From Eledone cirrhosa (lineage: Eukaryota), in contig OZ024744.1 in NCBI GenBank assembly GCA_964016885.1, forward strand, positions 50,344,001 through 50,408,000: a stretch of DNA of 64,000 bases, read 5' to 3'. A program made the position numbers and the translations under genes. The notes beneath the pieces are model-generated. The model saw nothing but the letters and a program-made list of their open reading frames with translations. It had not been told where the DNA came from and did not search any database. This document shows, one piece after another, positions 35,740-48,606 of the stretch (position 1 is the stretch's first letter; each line of letters opens with the position of its first letter).

Positions 35740-38400
35740 TGATGCCCCCCCCCCTCCCTCCCGAGCCCCGGCAGACAGGATGGAGAAGGCGTTTCCCCGG
35801 AGGACGGCAAGGGAGACGCACTGGAAAAGCCATTCCAACTCGCGGGGCTCACACCTGAGGCTGGCCAGCTCAGTGCCTATGGTGGTGAGTAGGGAGGTAG
35901 CCCTAGGGCCAAGGACACCAGAGGTCTCCACTGCCAGGGGTACAACCGCAAACCTGTCAGAGAGCGACCGGTATTTGAGGAGTTTGGCCTCCTCAGCCCA
36001 ACGTGCAGCAGAACATGGGTTAGTTGCAGACTGCACCAGGTTGCGGCTGGAGAAAGTGTCAGTGTAAGTTGCATCCCAGACGAGGGGTTTGTCATTACAG
36101 GAAGATGGTCATGCCATCTGATCTTTTGCCGTCCCCTCGGTCCAACCCCATCGGCTCGAGCTGGGAAGGGAAGCCTGCAGTGACCAAGCCATGCTTTATG
36201 ATCTCGTTGAGGGCAGCATGGCGTGGAAGGCGGCCGGCACTGTGGCGACAGGAAAGCGAGTGGAGACCGAAAGAGTCCACGGTGGATCCGCAGCGACATT
36301 GGGTGTGGCTCGCAGATCCGGAGGCCGAGCCTCAAGAAAATGCCGATGCGCAGGCTATTGTTGTCTAGCTGCGTGCCAGTGAGGAAGGAAGGCAGGGAAT
36401 GGAGACAGGCACCACTGTGGGGTTTGGAGGTCGCACGAAAACAGACAAGGCGGTGCTGATTGAGCTGGTGCGTGAGCCTGTCTGAGGCCAGGCTTCACTG
36501 GATGGCATCCCAAGTGCTTTTTTTTGGGGGGGGGGGGGGGACTTGACATCAACGGGGGGAGAAGGAGGAGGGACGTCTACTGGGCTAAGTCCCACACCTG
36601 ACAGGTAAAGTGGCCTGTTGCCATCCAATGTCGTCAAACTTGACGTTGCATATCTCCTCGGCTGCTGCTCGGATACAAGTATCGAGGTCAGTGAGGAGGG
36701 ATGTGTGGGTGTAGCACGTAGACTGCAAATCTCTCAGCATCGTGGCTGACATTCACCACCTCTGACTTAGCCGAGTTGACCTGGAGGCCGATTCCCGCCA
36801 GGGCAGGAACCACCGATTGTAGGTCATGGCAGACAGTCTGTACGGGCTCGCCCACCGTAGCATCATCCAGATACCAAACGTTGAGAGGGGCCGTGATACT
36901 CCGGGCGATGTGGTCTATACCAAGGGCAAACAGGACGGGTCCCAAAGGATCGCCCTGTTGGACCCAGTAGCTAAAGGTATGACCATATCAGCAGCAAGGA
37001 GCATGCTCGAGGCTCCATACAACAGGTAGGCCAGCGGGTAGGCAGAGGGGGCTCGGCTGAGGCAGGCATCGAGCAGATGGTCCCGGCATAAGCAGTTGAA
37101 GGCATTCCTCATGTCAAGCTTGACAATGAGGTGCCTGGAGCCCCTGGATGCTGGTTCCGGTGGGCAGCTATTGAAGAACTGCCTGGTTGCATGGGCGGCC
37201 CCATCACAGCCACCGGTCACGCCGACACCCAGTTGCACCGGACTGAACTCCTCACCCAGTTCCAGTGTTATGGACCTGCAGACCACCTTGGCAGCCAGCC
37301 TCCGGAAGACATTGCCCACAGCAATGGGCGTATGCCACCCTCTTTCTTCCTGAGAGCAGTGAGGCTAGCCGTAAAAAAGAGGCCTCAGGCGAGAGGGACC
37401 AGGGTGCCATGGATGAGCCTATTGGTGAGCGCCACAATTGGACTCAGAAGGCGGCGCCCAGATTCAGCGGAGAGGGGAGATAGCAACTCCTTCAGCATCT
37501 GCTAGCTGGGAAGGACTTGATGGCGGACATGATGTCTGCGTCGGAAGCCACAAGGAGCAAGTGGGGGTCGGGTGGAGGTATGGGTCTAAGATCAGCAGGT
37601 GACTCCGGGTGCGTGAGTTGCAGGGCAGCCAGGACCTCCTCAGTGGGTTGGAGGACAGTGTCCTCTGAGGCAACCACTCTGGCTGCCGCCGAGACATCAC
37701 CTATGATTAATTTAGCATTTATGCGATCACGCATAAATGCTAAATGCTTGGCGCTGGCCTCAGGGGTGGAGGATTGAGGGTACCCCAGGGTGGGGTTTGC
37801 GGTGTCCCTAGTCACGCTTGGAATGGACGCTTGCCCAAAAGACGAAACATTGGCCTTGACGAAGGCTGCTGTCGACTGGCCACCCCGTCAGTGCCAGAGC
37901 TAGGAAGGCCGAGGGCGAGTGGTGCAAAATAAAAGAGTCGCTCCCAGTCACTGGCTCAATTGGAGTCCAGGGCACTCTCAATCGAGGAAGCGAGGGCATC
38001 GGCTACCGGCACCCGGACCGCTCTCGGGATCTTCCTGGGCCACCTGAGCCGAGCAATGTTGACCAGCGAGGCTTGGGCATCAGGCAAGCTCGCTGTCTCA
38101 TCTGGTGGCGTGCCAGACGGCTGTAGCTGGGTAGACGAGGAGAAGAGGCAGTTCCTGCATCTCCACGCTGCAAGGGCACTGGAAGCTCAACATGTCAAGC
38201 CAACACAGGTGAGGTGGTGGAAGCAGCCGCACCCCGAACAGTTCCGGCCGCTCTTCCGTCTGTTAGTGGTGCTGCAAATGCTGCAGGTGTCGGCTTGGGG
38301 GGGGGGGTACCGAGCGGCATCAGAGGTGAGTGGCTGGTGTGTGTGGAAGGGAAAGTGCTGGTAAGAGGGCTTCATAACTCACCTATATCAGGTATAGAGG
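35740..38400 (-). mobile_element. Degenerate CRE-clade non-LTR retrotransposon (N-terminal PHD-like finger, RT, RLE)
   Basis: CSIC..CSGC..HHLTC; VGNVFRRLAAK, QLGVG..GGC, KLDMRNAFN, WYLDD; HSLSCR..RHAALN..DGKRSDG, VPLAVETSG, LFQCVSLAVLRGNA. Confidence 0.88.
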
Positions 38401-39596
38401 CATCAGAAGACAAGAGAGAAAAGAAGGGGGGTGCATAGAGGGGGACACACAACAAGGTAGAATGTTAGCAAATGAATGAGTGAATGGATGAATGTACAAA
38501 AAAAAAGAAAAAAACCAAAGGTCGGGGGGAAGAGAGAAAACGGGGTTGTTCCCAGCGAAAAGACCCAGAGTTCAGCACGCACACATGCGAGCATGTTAGC
38601 AGTTTCTCATAGGACCTTGTGGCTGAGGGTGAGTGGTTCAATCCTGAAAACATATGTGTTGTAAGATGTTGATATCTTCGCATATGTGTTGTTGTTGTTA
38701 ATGTCACTGTTGTTATCGTTGCCTTCCTCTTGTTAATGGTGGTGGTAGATGAAACTGCTACCAATTCGGGCTGCCAGGCAGTATGCTGAGGCTCGAGTGC
38801 TTTCTTGACCGGAGATGCGGGTCAGTGACTTTCGGCAACATTTTGCAGCACAACGGCAAATAAATATATTCTATATTTTTTTTTGTTTTTTCTTTCTCTG
38901 TCTAATCCAATTCAAATTATTTGGCAGTGAGTTGGTTATCGGTTTTATTTTGTTTTGTTTTGTTTCCATTTGTTTTTATTTATTTCTCTCGCTCTGATGC
39001 AAGCAAATTTCCTTCATCGATGTCAGGATCAACATCTTGTTTTAGATATATATGTCAATCAATTTCTAGTTGATATAAAATGCTTGGATCTATTCATTGG
39101 AATCTTTGAGCATATTCTATGGTGCATGTCTCGGACATGACACCCCTAATTTAATTTTGGATATATATACGGCCCCTTAATTGTAGAGCTAACTCAGTTG
39201 AAAGGACTCGACTGCTATTTCTAGCTGTCGATAATCCTATTCATGCCACTGGGATGAAGATGGTACGATGTGTGTATTTTTTTAAAAAAGCAACACGTGC
39301 GACGGGTCATTCGCAGATTTACATTTGCTGTGTAAACACAGATAATTAAATCTTCTCCTTTGTTGAAAATTCGGGTTTGAGTACTGTGATTTATGGATTA
39401 ATGGTGAAATATATTTCTATAATGAAATATATACAAGGAAGATTAATCATTTTAACAGGTATCTATAATTGAAGTTCTAGTTTAAATTTAATTAGTTACC
39501 TACCTAGCTGTGTTTACAGATGTTTACAGATTATCCCCTGTGATTGCTTCATGTCTTTATTTTTTAGATATATATATGTCAAACAATTTCTAGTTG

Positions 39597-39652
<56 letters not shown>

Positions 39653-39994
39653 GGATTAACAAATAATAGTTAAATGCAGTCCACTTAGATGAAGTCCAGT
39701 TATGGTATTCCAGGTAGTGGATATTAACGCTTGGCTTGGTTTGACTCAACAAGGCGTTTTCATTATCTTTATAATTTAAAATTGATACATACTACGATAC
39801 TTTTTGCCTTATGACAGCTGGTTTTCACGCCGTAACATTAGATACATTATATACCCCCCACCTAAGTAATGTCAGGGCCTCCTTAAATAGTTTATTGATA
39901 GCATTGTTGTAATTGTTGTTATTGTTCTAATTGAATGCCATAACTACTCCATATTTTATTTTATTTTCTTGCCTGTGTATTTTCTTCATTCTCG

Positions 39995-40107
39995 CATGCT
40001 CCGAAGATCTGACTGGTTATAATTCTGTATTGGCGATCGAGTGACGCAAAATTAGGCGGATAGCGATCTCTAGACATACCAGCTCAGTGAAACAAATGTA
40101 AGCTATG
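39995..40107 (+). ncRNA. Degenerate hammerhead motif (PLE pseudo-LTR)
   Basis: gct-CCGAAGA-tctgactgg...ccagctcagt-GAAA-caaatg-TA-agc; core has U>C change. Confidence 0.5.
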
Positions 40108-40165
40108 TGATTAAAAACTTTTTTGTATAGCAAAATATATATATATATATATGTCTTTTATGTCT

Positions 40166-40221
<56 letters not shown>

Positions 40222-40231
40222 AGACATAAAA

Positions 40232-40265
<34 letters not shown>

Positions 40266-40275
40266 TTTTATGTCT

Positions 40276-40795
<520 letters not shown>

Positions 40796-40805
40796 TATAT
40801 ATATG

Positions 40806-43800
40806 TCCATGCCGTCAAAACCAACAACCTTTACAGCATGGACGTTCAACTTTACGACTTTACCTCAGGGAATTGAGAAAAAGCTACAAAAAAAACGCCC
40901 GAGGCTACCCTGGAAGATATCAACATCAACGCTTATGAGATCGTATCTGGTCTTGGCATAGATGATAGGACGGCCCCATACCAACCAAGGGAGCACCAAC
41001 CAAACTTTGAGTCTAACCTGCCGGTCAGACTGATAGTCCCCTCCCGGTCAGACATGGGGGTTATCAGCAAAAGCATTTTAGATAGGATCCTGCCCACACT
41101 TAAGAGTAAAATAAGGTTACAACTCAGGTCCTGCACCAGCCAGGTGCTGGACTGGTTTACATTTTTACCTGACAAACATAGGACTATCTTCATACAACTA
41201 GACATCAACAATTACTACTCCTCTATCTCGCCCATAGTCCTGAACAAGGCACTCATATTCGCGATGAATAGGACAGACCTAACGCGCGACGAGGTCTGAA
41301 TCATACACGCCGCCAGAAAGACCCTGATCCAATTCGGTGGGGACATATGGACCCGGAGTGACTGGCCAAATAATTTTGACATTACAATGGGCTCCAGTGA
41401 CTCCGCACAGCTAACGGACTTGGTTGGGATATACATACTCTACGAGATCAGGAGCGAAATACCCAACCTGGGTGGCGCGCTGAACCGAGACGATGCACTC
41501 TTCACCGTCGTGGACCACAGCACCACAATGGTCGAAAATATGAAGAGGAGAATTAGACACTTCTTTAGCAAGGTAGGACTTAAGGTAGAGATGGAACCCA
41601 ATATAAAAGTAGTGAATTTCCTGGACACCACCCTCAACCTCAACACCAAGCTACACCACCCATATCATAAACCCAATGAGAAGCTGGTGTATATCAACGC
41701 TGGGTCCAATCATCCTAGATCTATAGTTAAGACCGTAGTTAAGAGTGTCTCTGACAGGATCTCTAACTTGTCTGCCAATAAAGAGATATTCAATAGTAAC
41801 GCTGATTACTATAACTCAGCGCTAGCTAAGGCATCCCACAGCCATAGGATCATCTATAGCCCTAAGGGACATGATCGAGATGACCCAAGGGTACCCCGGG
41901 CCAATACCCTCAGGGACATGGGTCGCCCACCTAACACCTCGCTGACCAGTAGTAACACTCCCAAACTCATATCCGTCACAACCCCCGGCAGAGGGTCCCG
42001 CCTACCCCACCGGTCTAATACCTACAACGTGGTACGGGGCGTAGGCCACCCCTGCACCGGCCCCACCACCCGCCGAACCCTAATTGAGCAGGGAGGCCGC
42101 ACCGCGCAGGTCTATAGCCCCACGGTGGGCCCTTATAACCCTCATGATAGTGACCGCTCCGCACACCTGACTGACACCAACCGAGCTCGACCTGAGCTGT
42201 GCACAACCCCGTGATGGACCATGGCGGACACCCAACAACCCCGCAAGAATAGGACCAGGAAGGTCACATGATATAACCCCCCGTACTCGGTGGGTCTACG
42301 AACCAACCTGGCTAGAACATTCTTTAGAGTACTGGATAAATGTTTCCCTATGGCCCACAAGTACCATAAAATATTCAACAGGCACACGGTGAAACTTTCC
42401 TACTCAACCACATGCTCCATAGCCCAGCACATAGCCGGCATAAATAGGAATAGACTCACTTCCTCTAATACCACTGTAAACCCCGGAGCCACACAACGGA
42501 ACCAGCACGCAGGACACACCAGCCCCCGGACAGGCTCATCTAGCATACTGGAACCCAAGGACCCTGTGCTGATTGCGGCAGCTACCCAGCCAACCTCGAG
42601 TGATGGTAACCACGCGGTACATGTGCTGGGGCTTAAGAAGTCATACAATTGCAGAGACCCATAACTATACCCCCTTAGTAATGAATACATGACGAAAAAC
42701 GTAGTCTACAGGTGCAAGGTCACAACCCCTAACTCGGAGCACCACTACATAGGATCCACGGCGACGAGCTTCACAGATAGGTGGTATAACCATCGCCATT
42801 CCTTTAACAGAATAGAAAAGAGGAAATGTACGGCCCTTTCTGAATTGATCTGGAAGCTCAAACTTGAAAAGACTCCGCACTTTCTGGTCTGGTCCGTGGT
42901 TAGAAAGGTTCCCCCAGACAGAGGTGGGTCTGGTATTTGCAACCTCTGTCTTAGTGAGACACTTCATGGCGGAACCAAGCTATTAAACAGAAGGGCCGAC
43001 TTATTCAGTGCCTGCAGACACCTAAGGACGGGAACTTTCCTCAAGCTATATGGATAAATCCCGGTTCTGGCCTCCCACAACGCGCCCCCCTCCCTGTAGG
43101 TCCCCTACACCCCGTACCAATGACCAATGGACTACAACCACCCATAGTTTGTGGTCCCTACGGTGGATTGTCCACCGGATCCTCTTCTGGTTAGGAGGCA
43201 ACCATACCTCGTTTATTGAACCTGAGGAACTCCCCCCCCCACCCCCGGGAGTGGACCACGCAGGAAGAACAATCATACCAAGGTACTAACCCTATACTCA
43301 TGAATGACTGCCTGCAACCGTACATAGTGAGGGTATACTGGGATTACGTGAATGTACACACTCATGTGAACGCAACGAAATACTAATACCCCAGGTTGCA
43401 TTTGAAAAATGTTCAAGTGTATGCTTAAGAGTATATTTGTATATGCTCTCTTGTATGAGTGCACATGTGTATATAGACATACACGCGCATCCAGAAGTAT
43501 AAAAGTGTGGCTGGGTATATATATCTGTACTAAGGGATTCGCTTAAGCCTCAAAGCCCCCAAGCTATTGCTGTGAAGATATATATCACACTCTACTAGTC
43601 TAAGCAATAACTTTTCCAAACACCCACTTTACTTTTCTTTAAAAATAACACCCACCTAGTTTTATATCTGCCTTATACTTGGATTTGGGGGCCTCTGTCG
43701 TATATATATATATGCACTTGTGCGTACATATATATATACACACCTGTATTGTTTTGTGTGTGTAGATGTGTGTGAGTGTCTGAGGGGGCAGGTGTGAGTG

Positions 43801-44430
43801 TATGTACAAGTCAACCAACATAAGTCTTTTTATTTCTAAACTCTCTAAGTAGTTGACTCTTACCCTAATTTTCAGTATTATCACTCCACATAAATTCCTC
43901 AATTTGTATATGTGGATGTGTGTGTGTGTCTGTGGGGGTGGGTGTGAATGTATGTGCAAGTCAACCAGCATAAGTCCTTTTATATGTAAATGTTCTAGTA
44001 TTCTACTCTAACCTTAATTTTCAGTAGTACCACCCTATATAAATTCCTCAATTTAAGATTGACCTGTGGTATCGAATTTCATACTATAAACCTCAATTGA
44101 ATATATATCTGACCAGGAATGGTTTTTGTGAAAATCAGTCATATGGAACTATTGTCATCTTGCCTGACGGTTTGAACTTTACAACACCACCTGCCTATTT
44201 GAGGTCAAATACCAACCCTACTAGCATCTACAAACTGACCAATGAGAATTAAGATTATTCCTGCTGACAACATAAAATTATTCCTAACAAGCTCATATGT
44301 CCCAAGGCTCTGATACGATCAACACCATAAACACAGTGCTGGCATATCTAAGAACTGACTAACTGCCTGATGAGGCCATAGCCATTCAATGGCTATCATC
44401 GAAATATATATAGCAGTAAATAAAGGATTA
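40806..44430 (+). mobile_element. 5'-truncated Penelope-like element (RT + C-terminal GIY-YIG), pseudogenised; clade uncertain; 3' limit inferred from the hammerhead
   Basis: One frame 41054-43057 with 4 stops: IQLDINNYYSSI, FDITMGS, NRDD, VNFLD, SNHP, YNPPYS, KIFNRHT, VVYRC..HYIG..RWYNH..CNLCLSE..CRH. Confidence 0.85.
44362..44417 (+). ncRNA. Minimal type I hammerhead ribozyme
   Basis: actgc-CTGATGA-..atagccattcaatggctat..-GAAA-tatata-TA-gcagt. Confidence 0.75.
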
Positions 44431-44469
44431 TGAGTTCATGCAATTGACTTATGTTTCGTCACTATATAT

Positions 44470-44502
<33 letters not shown>

Positions 44503-44596
44503 GCATATATATATGTATATATGTATATATGTGTTTTCATGTATGTATATATGTATATATATACATATGTATATATATATGTATATATGATATATG

Positions 44597-44707
<111 letters not shown>

Positions 44708-44739
44708 GTATATATATGTATATATGTATATATGTGTTT

Positions 44740-44935
44740 TCGATTCCCAGACCGGGTGATGCGTTATGTCTGTGAGCAAGACTATTTATTTCACGTTGCT
44801 TCTTCTGCCTGGAGTTACGACCGATAGATAGTATTAGCAATTGGAAAGACCAATGAGAACCTTGTTTCCTTGGTCTGATTAACAAGCTCCATCCAACACA
44901 TTAAGCAAATGAGGTCTGGGATCTTTTCGATCGAC
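44740..44935 (+). mobile_element. CORE-like SINE fragment with second tail type
   Basis: tgagcaagactatttatttcacgttgct followed by gaccgatagatagtattagcaattggaaagacc; same as 52993-53200. Confidence 0.65.
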
Positions 44936-44938
44936 TAT

Positions 44939-44984
<46 letters not shown>

Positions 44985-46030
44985 CAGGATAGAACCAGTT
45001 TGAAATATTATAAGGAGTCAGGACCCGTTGGCTGAGCTTTTGCCATTTCAATAGCTAGTTCCAGACCATTTGCCGACGAAGGGCTAGGCAGTTTACTGAC
45101 TGTATCATCAGGGATGTAGTTTGTCCAAATAAGGGCATACATTGTTTATCCAATAGTAAATTCTCTTCTTATAAGTGTTGATTTTTTTTTAATGGTTAGG
45201 GCGTGGTTGTGTGTATAGATATCTGGCTTAGTGAGTATATGGATGTGTACATCTATATACACATCCAAGTGAATCTGCCTGGTCAACTTGAGATAGAATA
45301 ATAATGGAGAGGGGGTGGAATTATATTTATTGAAAAAATGTATTAGGGTGTGTGTGTGTCCAGGCATGGTTACGCGACCTTCAGACAAAAGGTCTACAGA
45401 ATTGGCGTCAAACCTAACAGCAGATCACCCTAATCAAAGAATTGTCCAAATTCACCAATAGGCAATATGTAGTTAAAAGTTATAGTTCCAATGGAGGAGA
45501 GTATGTCCGTTTCAACTTGAGTTCCTCAAGTCTCTTCAAATGAGTGATTTCTGTGTAGGTTGTGTTTCTAAGTAGTAAATTTCATTAGGGTGAATGTGTA
45601 AATTTAGTTCACTTACTTGAAATTCTTTTGACAACATATTCCATGTATCATGGCCACAATTGTCACATGTGAGTTAACTCTGGCCTAATTATGAAACTGT
45701 TGTTTGAAATATAACTTGAGAAAGGTTCTTACATAAAATCATGATGCAATGACATTATTTATGGTTTTTAATTTTTTTTTTAATTATTCAAGAATTTCGA
45801 TAGATTTAGTAATATAACATTCTCATTTTGTTGGCATTTGAAAAATATTGTTTTTACATTCATCATTTTCTTTTCAGCACGATCAGAATTTCATAATAAT
45901 TAAGTTATATTGCAAACACCAACATAATAATAGGCACTGTCTTTCATCATAAATTTGTCAAGGAAAGAGTTAATATGATAATAGCAATAACAACAATAAT
46001 AACACTATCAATAATAATAATGACAACATC

Positions 46031-46079
<49 letters not shown>

Positions 46080-46134
46080 GTAATAACAATGATAACAATC
46101 AAAATGATTTCAGTAGTAATTCCACTATACTTAC

Positions 46135-46243
46135 ATTCCCACGCAAAATCCGAACATTCGGTCCCATCAATTGCCAAAACCACTGTTCGCAAATCGTTTT
46201 GCTTGTCTGCAGCCACTGCTGGTTTTTTAATGTCGAAGGCCAT
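46135..46243 (-). CDS. First coding exon of a universal stress protein (USP)-family gene
   Basis: MAFDIKKPAVAADKQNDLRTVVLAIDGTECSDFAWE matches the USP N-terminal beta1/alpha1 pattern (VVIAIDGS..S..A..W); aaacATGG start context; phase-1 donor T|GTAAGT at 46134. Confidence 0.8.
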
Positions 46244-46501
46244 GTTTTATGATAAACCAAGAAACCCCACTCACAGGAAGAATACACTGAATGTATAAAT
46301 CTCCTTCTTTTCCTCCTCTGCCTCCTTTTTCACCTTGTTCCTTTGTGAGTGAGTTCAGTTCACAGGACTCCTGTATCCTTGAAGTTTTCTTTCTTCCTGT
46401 TACATCTTTTCATCGTTAGTGAAAACATGAAATAAAAATATATACAAATATAGTTCAAGGAAAAAACAAATAGAGGTACAAAACGTCTTATTAGTTTCAC
46501 G

Positions 46502-46509
46502 CTTTATAT
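46502..46509 (-). promoter_or_regulatory. Candidate TATA box for the USP gene
   Basis: catataaagc on minus strand about 260 bp upstream of ATG, at the edge of the unique sequence. Confidence 0.35.
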
Positions 46510-46603
46510 GGGAAAGGGGAAAGAAAGTGCGACATATATATATGTATATGTATGTATATGTATATGTATATGTATATGTGGGAGAGATGACCCCTTAGCC
46601 TTT

Positions 46604-46991
46604 GTCAAGGCAGAATTCTAGGAGAAGGAAAACTCTGATATAACACCTGCAACCTTGATGGTATCCAATGATGTTGACTTGTTCTTCTTTTTGGTAAATA
46701 TCATCTTGGTTAAGAGAGTGGGACTGGCTTTGTGCAGTGCCTTTGCTCACTATAAAAGCTTCACGGCACAGACATTGCTTTATATCTGGAGATCTCTCTG
46801 CACTTGTCCTCACATGGTACCATGGGCCCAGCACTATGTGTCAATAATTGTCACAAGTGTAGTGTTTGTACCAGAGTTTTCAAGTCGCTGGCTGGACTAA
46901 AAAGTCACACTCATGCAGCGCTTCGGTAGGGGTTCTCCTACATGGATATAAAGTAGTGGCCGTACTCGAAAACGAGTTGGCAGCCACCATA
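46604..46991 (+). mobile_element. Short RTE-derived non-autonomous element, copy 1
   Basis: ctaggagaaggaaaactctga (RTE 5'UTR-like) joined to C2H2 remnant [17 protein letters not shown]; near-identical to 57046-57433. Confidence 0.6.
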
Positions 46992-47119
46992 TGTATATGT
47001 ATGTAAATGTTTATATATATACACACATATATATATGCATGTATATTCCTATATATTTCTATATATATATATATATATACAAATACATATACATACACAT
47101 ACATATATATATATACAAT

Positions 47120-47453
47120 TGGAGGCACATGGCTTAGTGGTTAGAGCATTGGCCCTGCAATCGAAAGGCTGTGAGTTCAATTCTCAGACCGGGTGGTGTG
47201 TTGTTTCCTTGAGCAAGACACTTTATTTCACATTGCTCCAGTTTACTCAGCTGTAGAAATGAGATGATAGGGACTGGGGTCCCTATCATTCCACTGCAAA
47301 GTGGTCGTGGAGGTGCCACGGCAAAAAAGCACCCAGCACTCACTGTAAATGAGGTTGGTGTTAGGAAGGGCATCCAGCTGTAGAAATCAAGCCAGAATCA
47401 GTTCCCGGGAAAAGCAGGGAAAAGCGGACGTAAAATGATGATGATGATGATGA
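47120..47453 (+). mobile_element. Full CORE-SINE with RTE-derived tail
   Basis: A/B boxes, CORE, tail gcagggaaaagcggacgtaaaatgatgatg. Confidence 0.9.
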
Positions 47454-47479
47454 TACATATATGTACATATACATACATA

Positions 47480-47511
<32 letters not shown>

Positions 47512-47917
47512 CATTTATATATATACATACAGACACGCACAAACATACACACCCATATATATATATATACATATATACATACAAACACACACATATATAT
47601 ACATATATACATACACACACATACACATATATATATAAATATCATGTAAGAAACGGAGAATCCGTGATGCGACGTATTAAAATTTATTAGACCTATTACA
47701 ATCGTTTCTCTGGCGACCGTTTCTTATGTGACATTATACTCTGCTCTGTAAGAGCATTGAGTGCTCAAACGGTCTACCTCTTACAGACGCTTTAAGCATT
47801 ATATTATATATATACATATATATATTTAGCATGAATTACATGTCTGAGAAAACAACAGTAAATTTTTGAATATGTATATTTACTGGCTGACAACTTGATT
47901 AGTTTGCTTACTTAATA

Positions 47918-47957
<40 letters not shown>

Positions 47958-47961
<4 letters not shown>

Positions 47962-48092
47962 TTAATATAGATGAGATTCTACAGGACTAGAACTGTTTCA
48001 TTCTTTAGAAATCATCAGGAATCTGGGATTCCTGATGATTTCTAAAGAATGAAACAGTTCTAGTCCTGTAGAATCTCATCTATATTAAAACT
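47958..48092. repeat. Perfect palindrome (66-bp arms, 3-nt spacer) centred on hammerhead-like core
   Basis: ..tcatcaggaatc-tgg-gattcctgatga.. Confidence 0.9.
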
Positions 48093-48159
48093 TTTATACT
48101 CTGCAATGTATTGAGTACCTTACTTACTGTGGTTACCTCCGATTCAACCCGGAATAACG

Positions 48160-48216
<57 letters not shown>

Positions 48217-48284
48217 GGTATATATACATATACGTATGTTTGCCTGAATATATATATATGTATATATATACATATACGTATGAT

Positions 48285-48333
<49 letters not shown>

Positions 48334-48366
48334 GTAGGTCCCGGGTTGAGTCGGGGATAACCACAG

Positions 48367-48535
48367 TAAGTAAGGTACTCAATACATGGCAGAGTAAAAA
48401 ATTTTTATTTTACAGGACTAGTACTGTTTCATTCAGATGAAATCTTCAGGAAGCTCCTGAAGATTTCATCTGAATGAAACAGTACTAGTCCTGTAAAATA
48501 AAAAATGTTTACTCTGCCATGTATTGAGTACCTTA

Positions 48536-48539
<4 letters not shown>
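48367..48539. repeat. Near-perfect palindrome (about 85-bp arms) of the same unit
   Basis: ..tcttcagga-agc-tcctgaaga.. Confidence 0.9.

Positions 48540-48599
<60 letters not shown>

Positions 48600-48606
<7 letters not shown>

Noticed and set aside
38755-38870. Structured GC-rich patch upstream of the CRE element as an HDV-like ribozyme
   Set aside because: A hairpin is present but I could not assign the nested double pseudoknot
41297-42664. In-frame TGA codons in the PLE ORF as possible selenocysteine (known in some Naiad PLEs)
   Set aside because: They do not appear to be at Cys positions (one replaces the Trp before YNPP, two fit CGA>TGA decay), a TAA also interrupts the frame, and YRDD is mutated to NRDD
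45000-45720. Degenerate GIY-YIG-like remnant on the minus strand
   Set aside because: Only LTCDNC and a weak terminal motif; insufficient evidence
45947-46134. Poly-Ile hydrophobic tail of the USP-like ORF
   Set aside because: Read-through into the intron past a GTAAGT donor; encoded by (ATT)n
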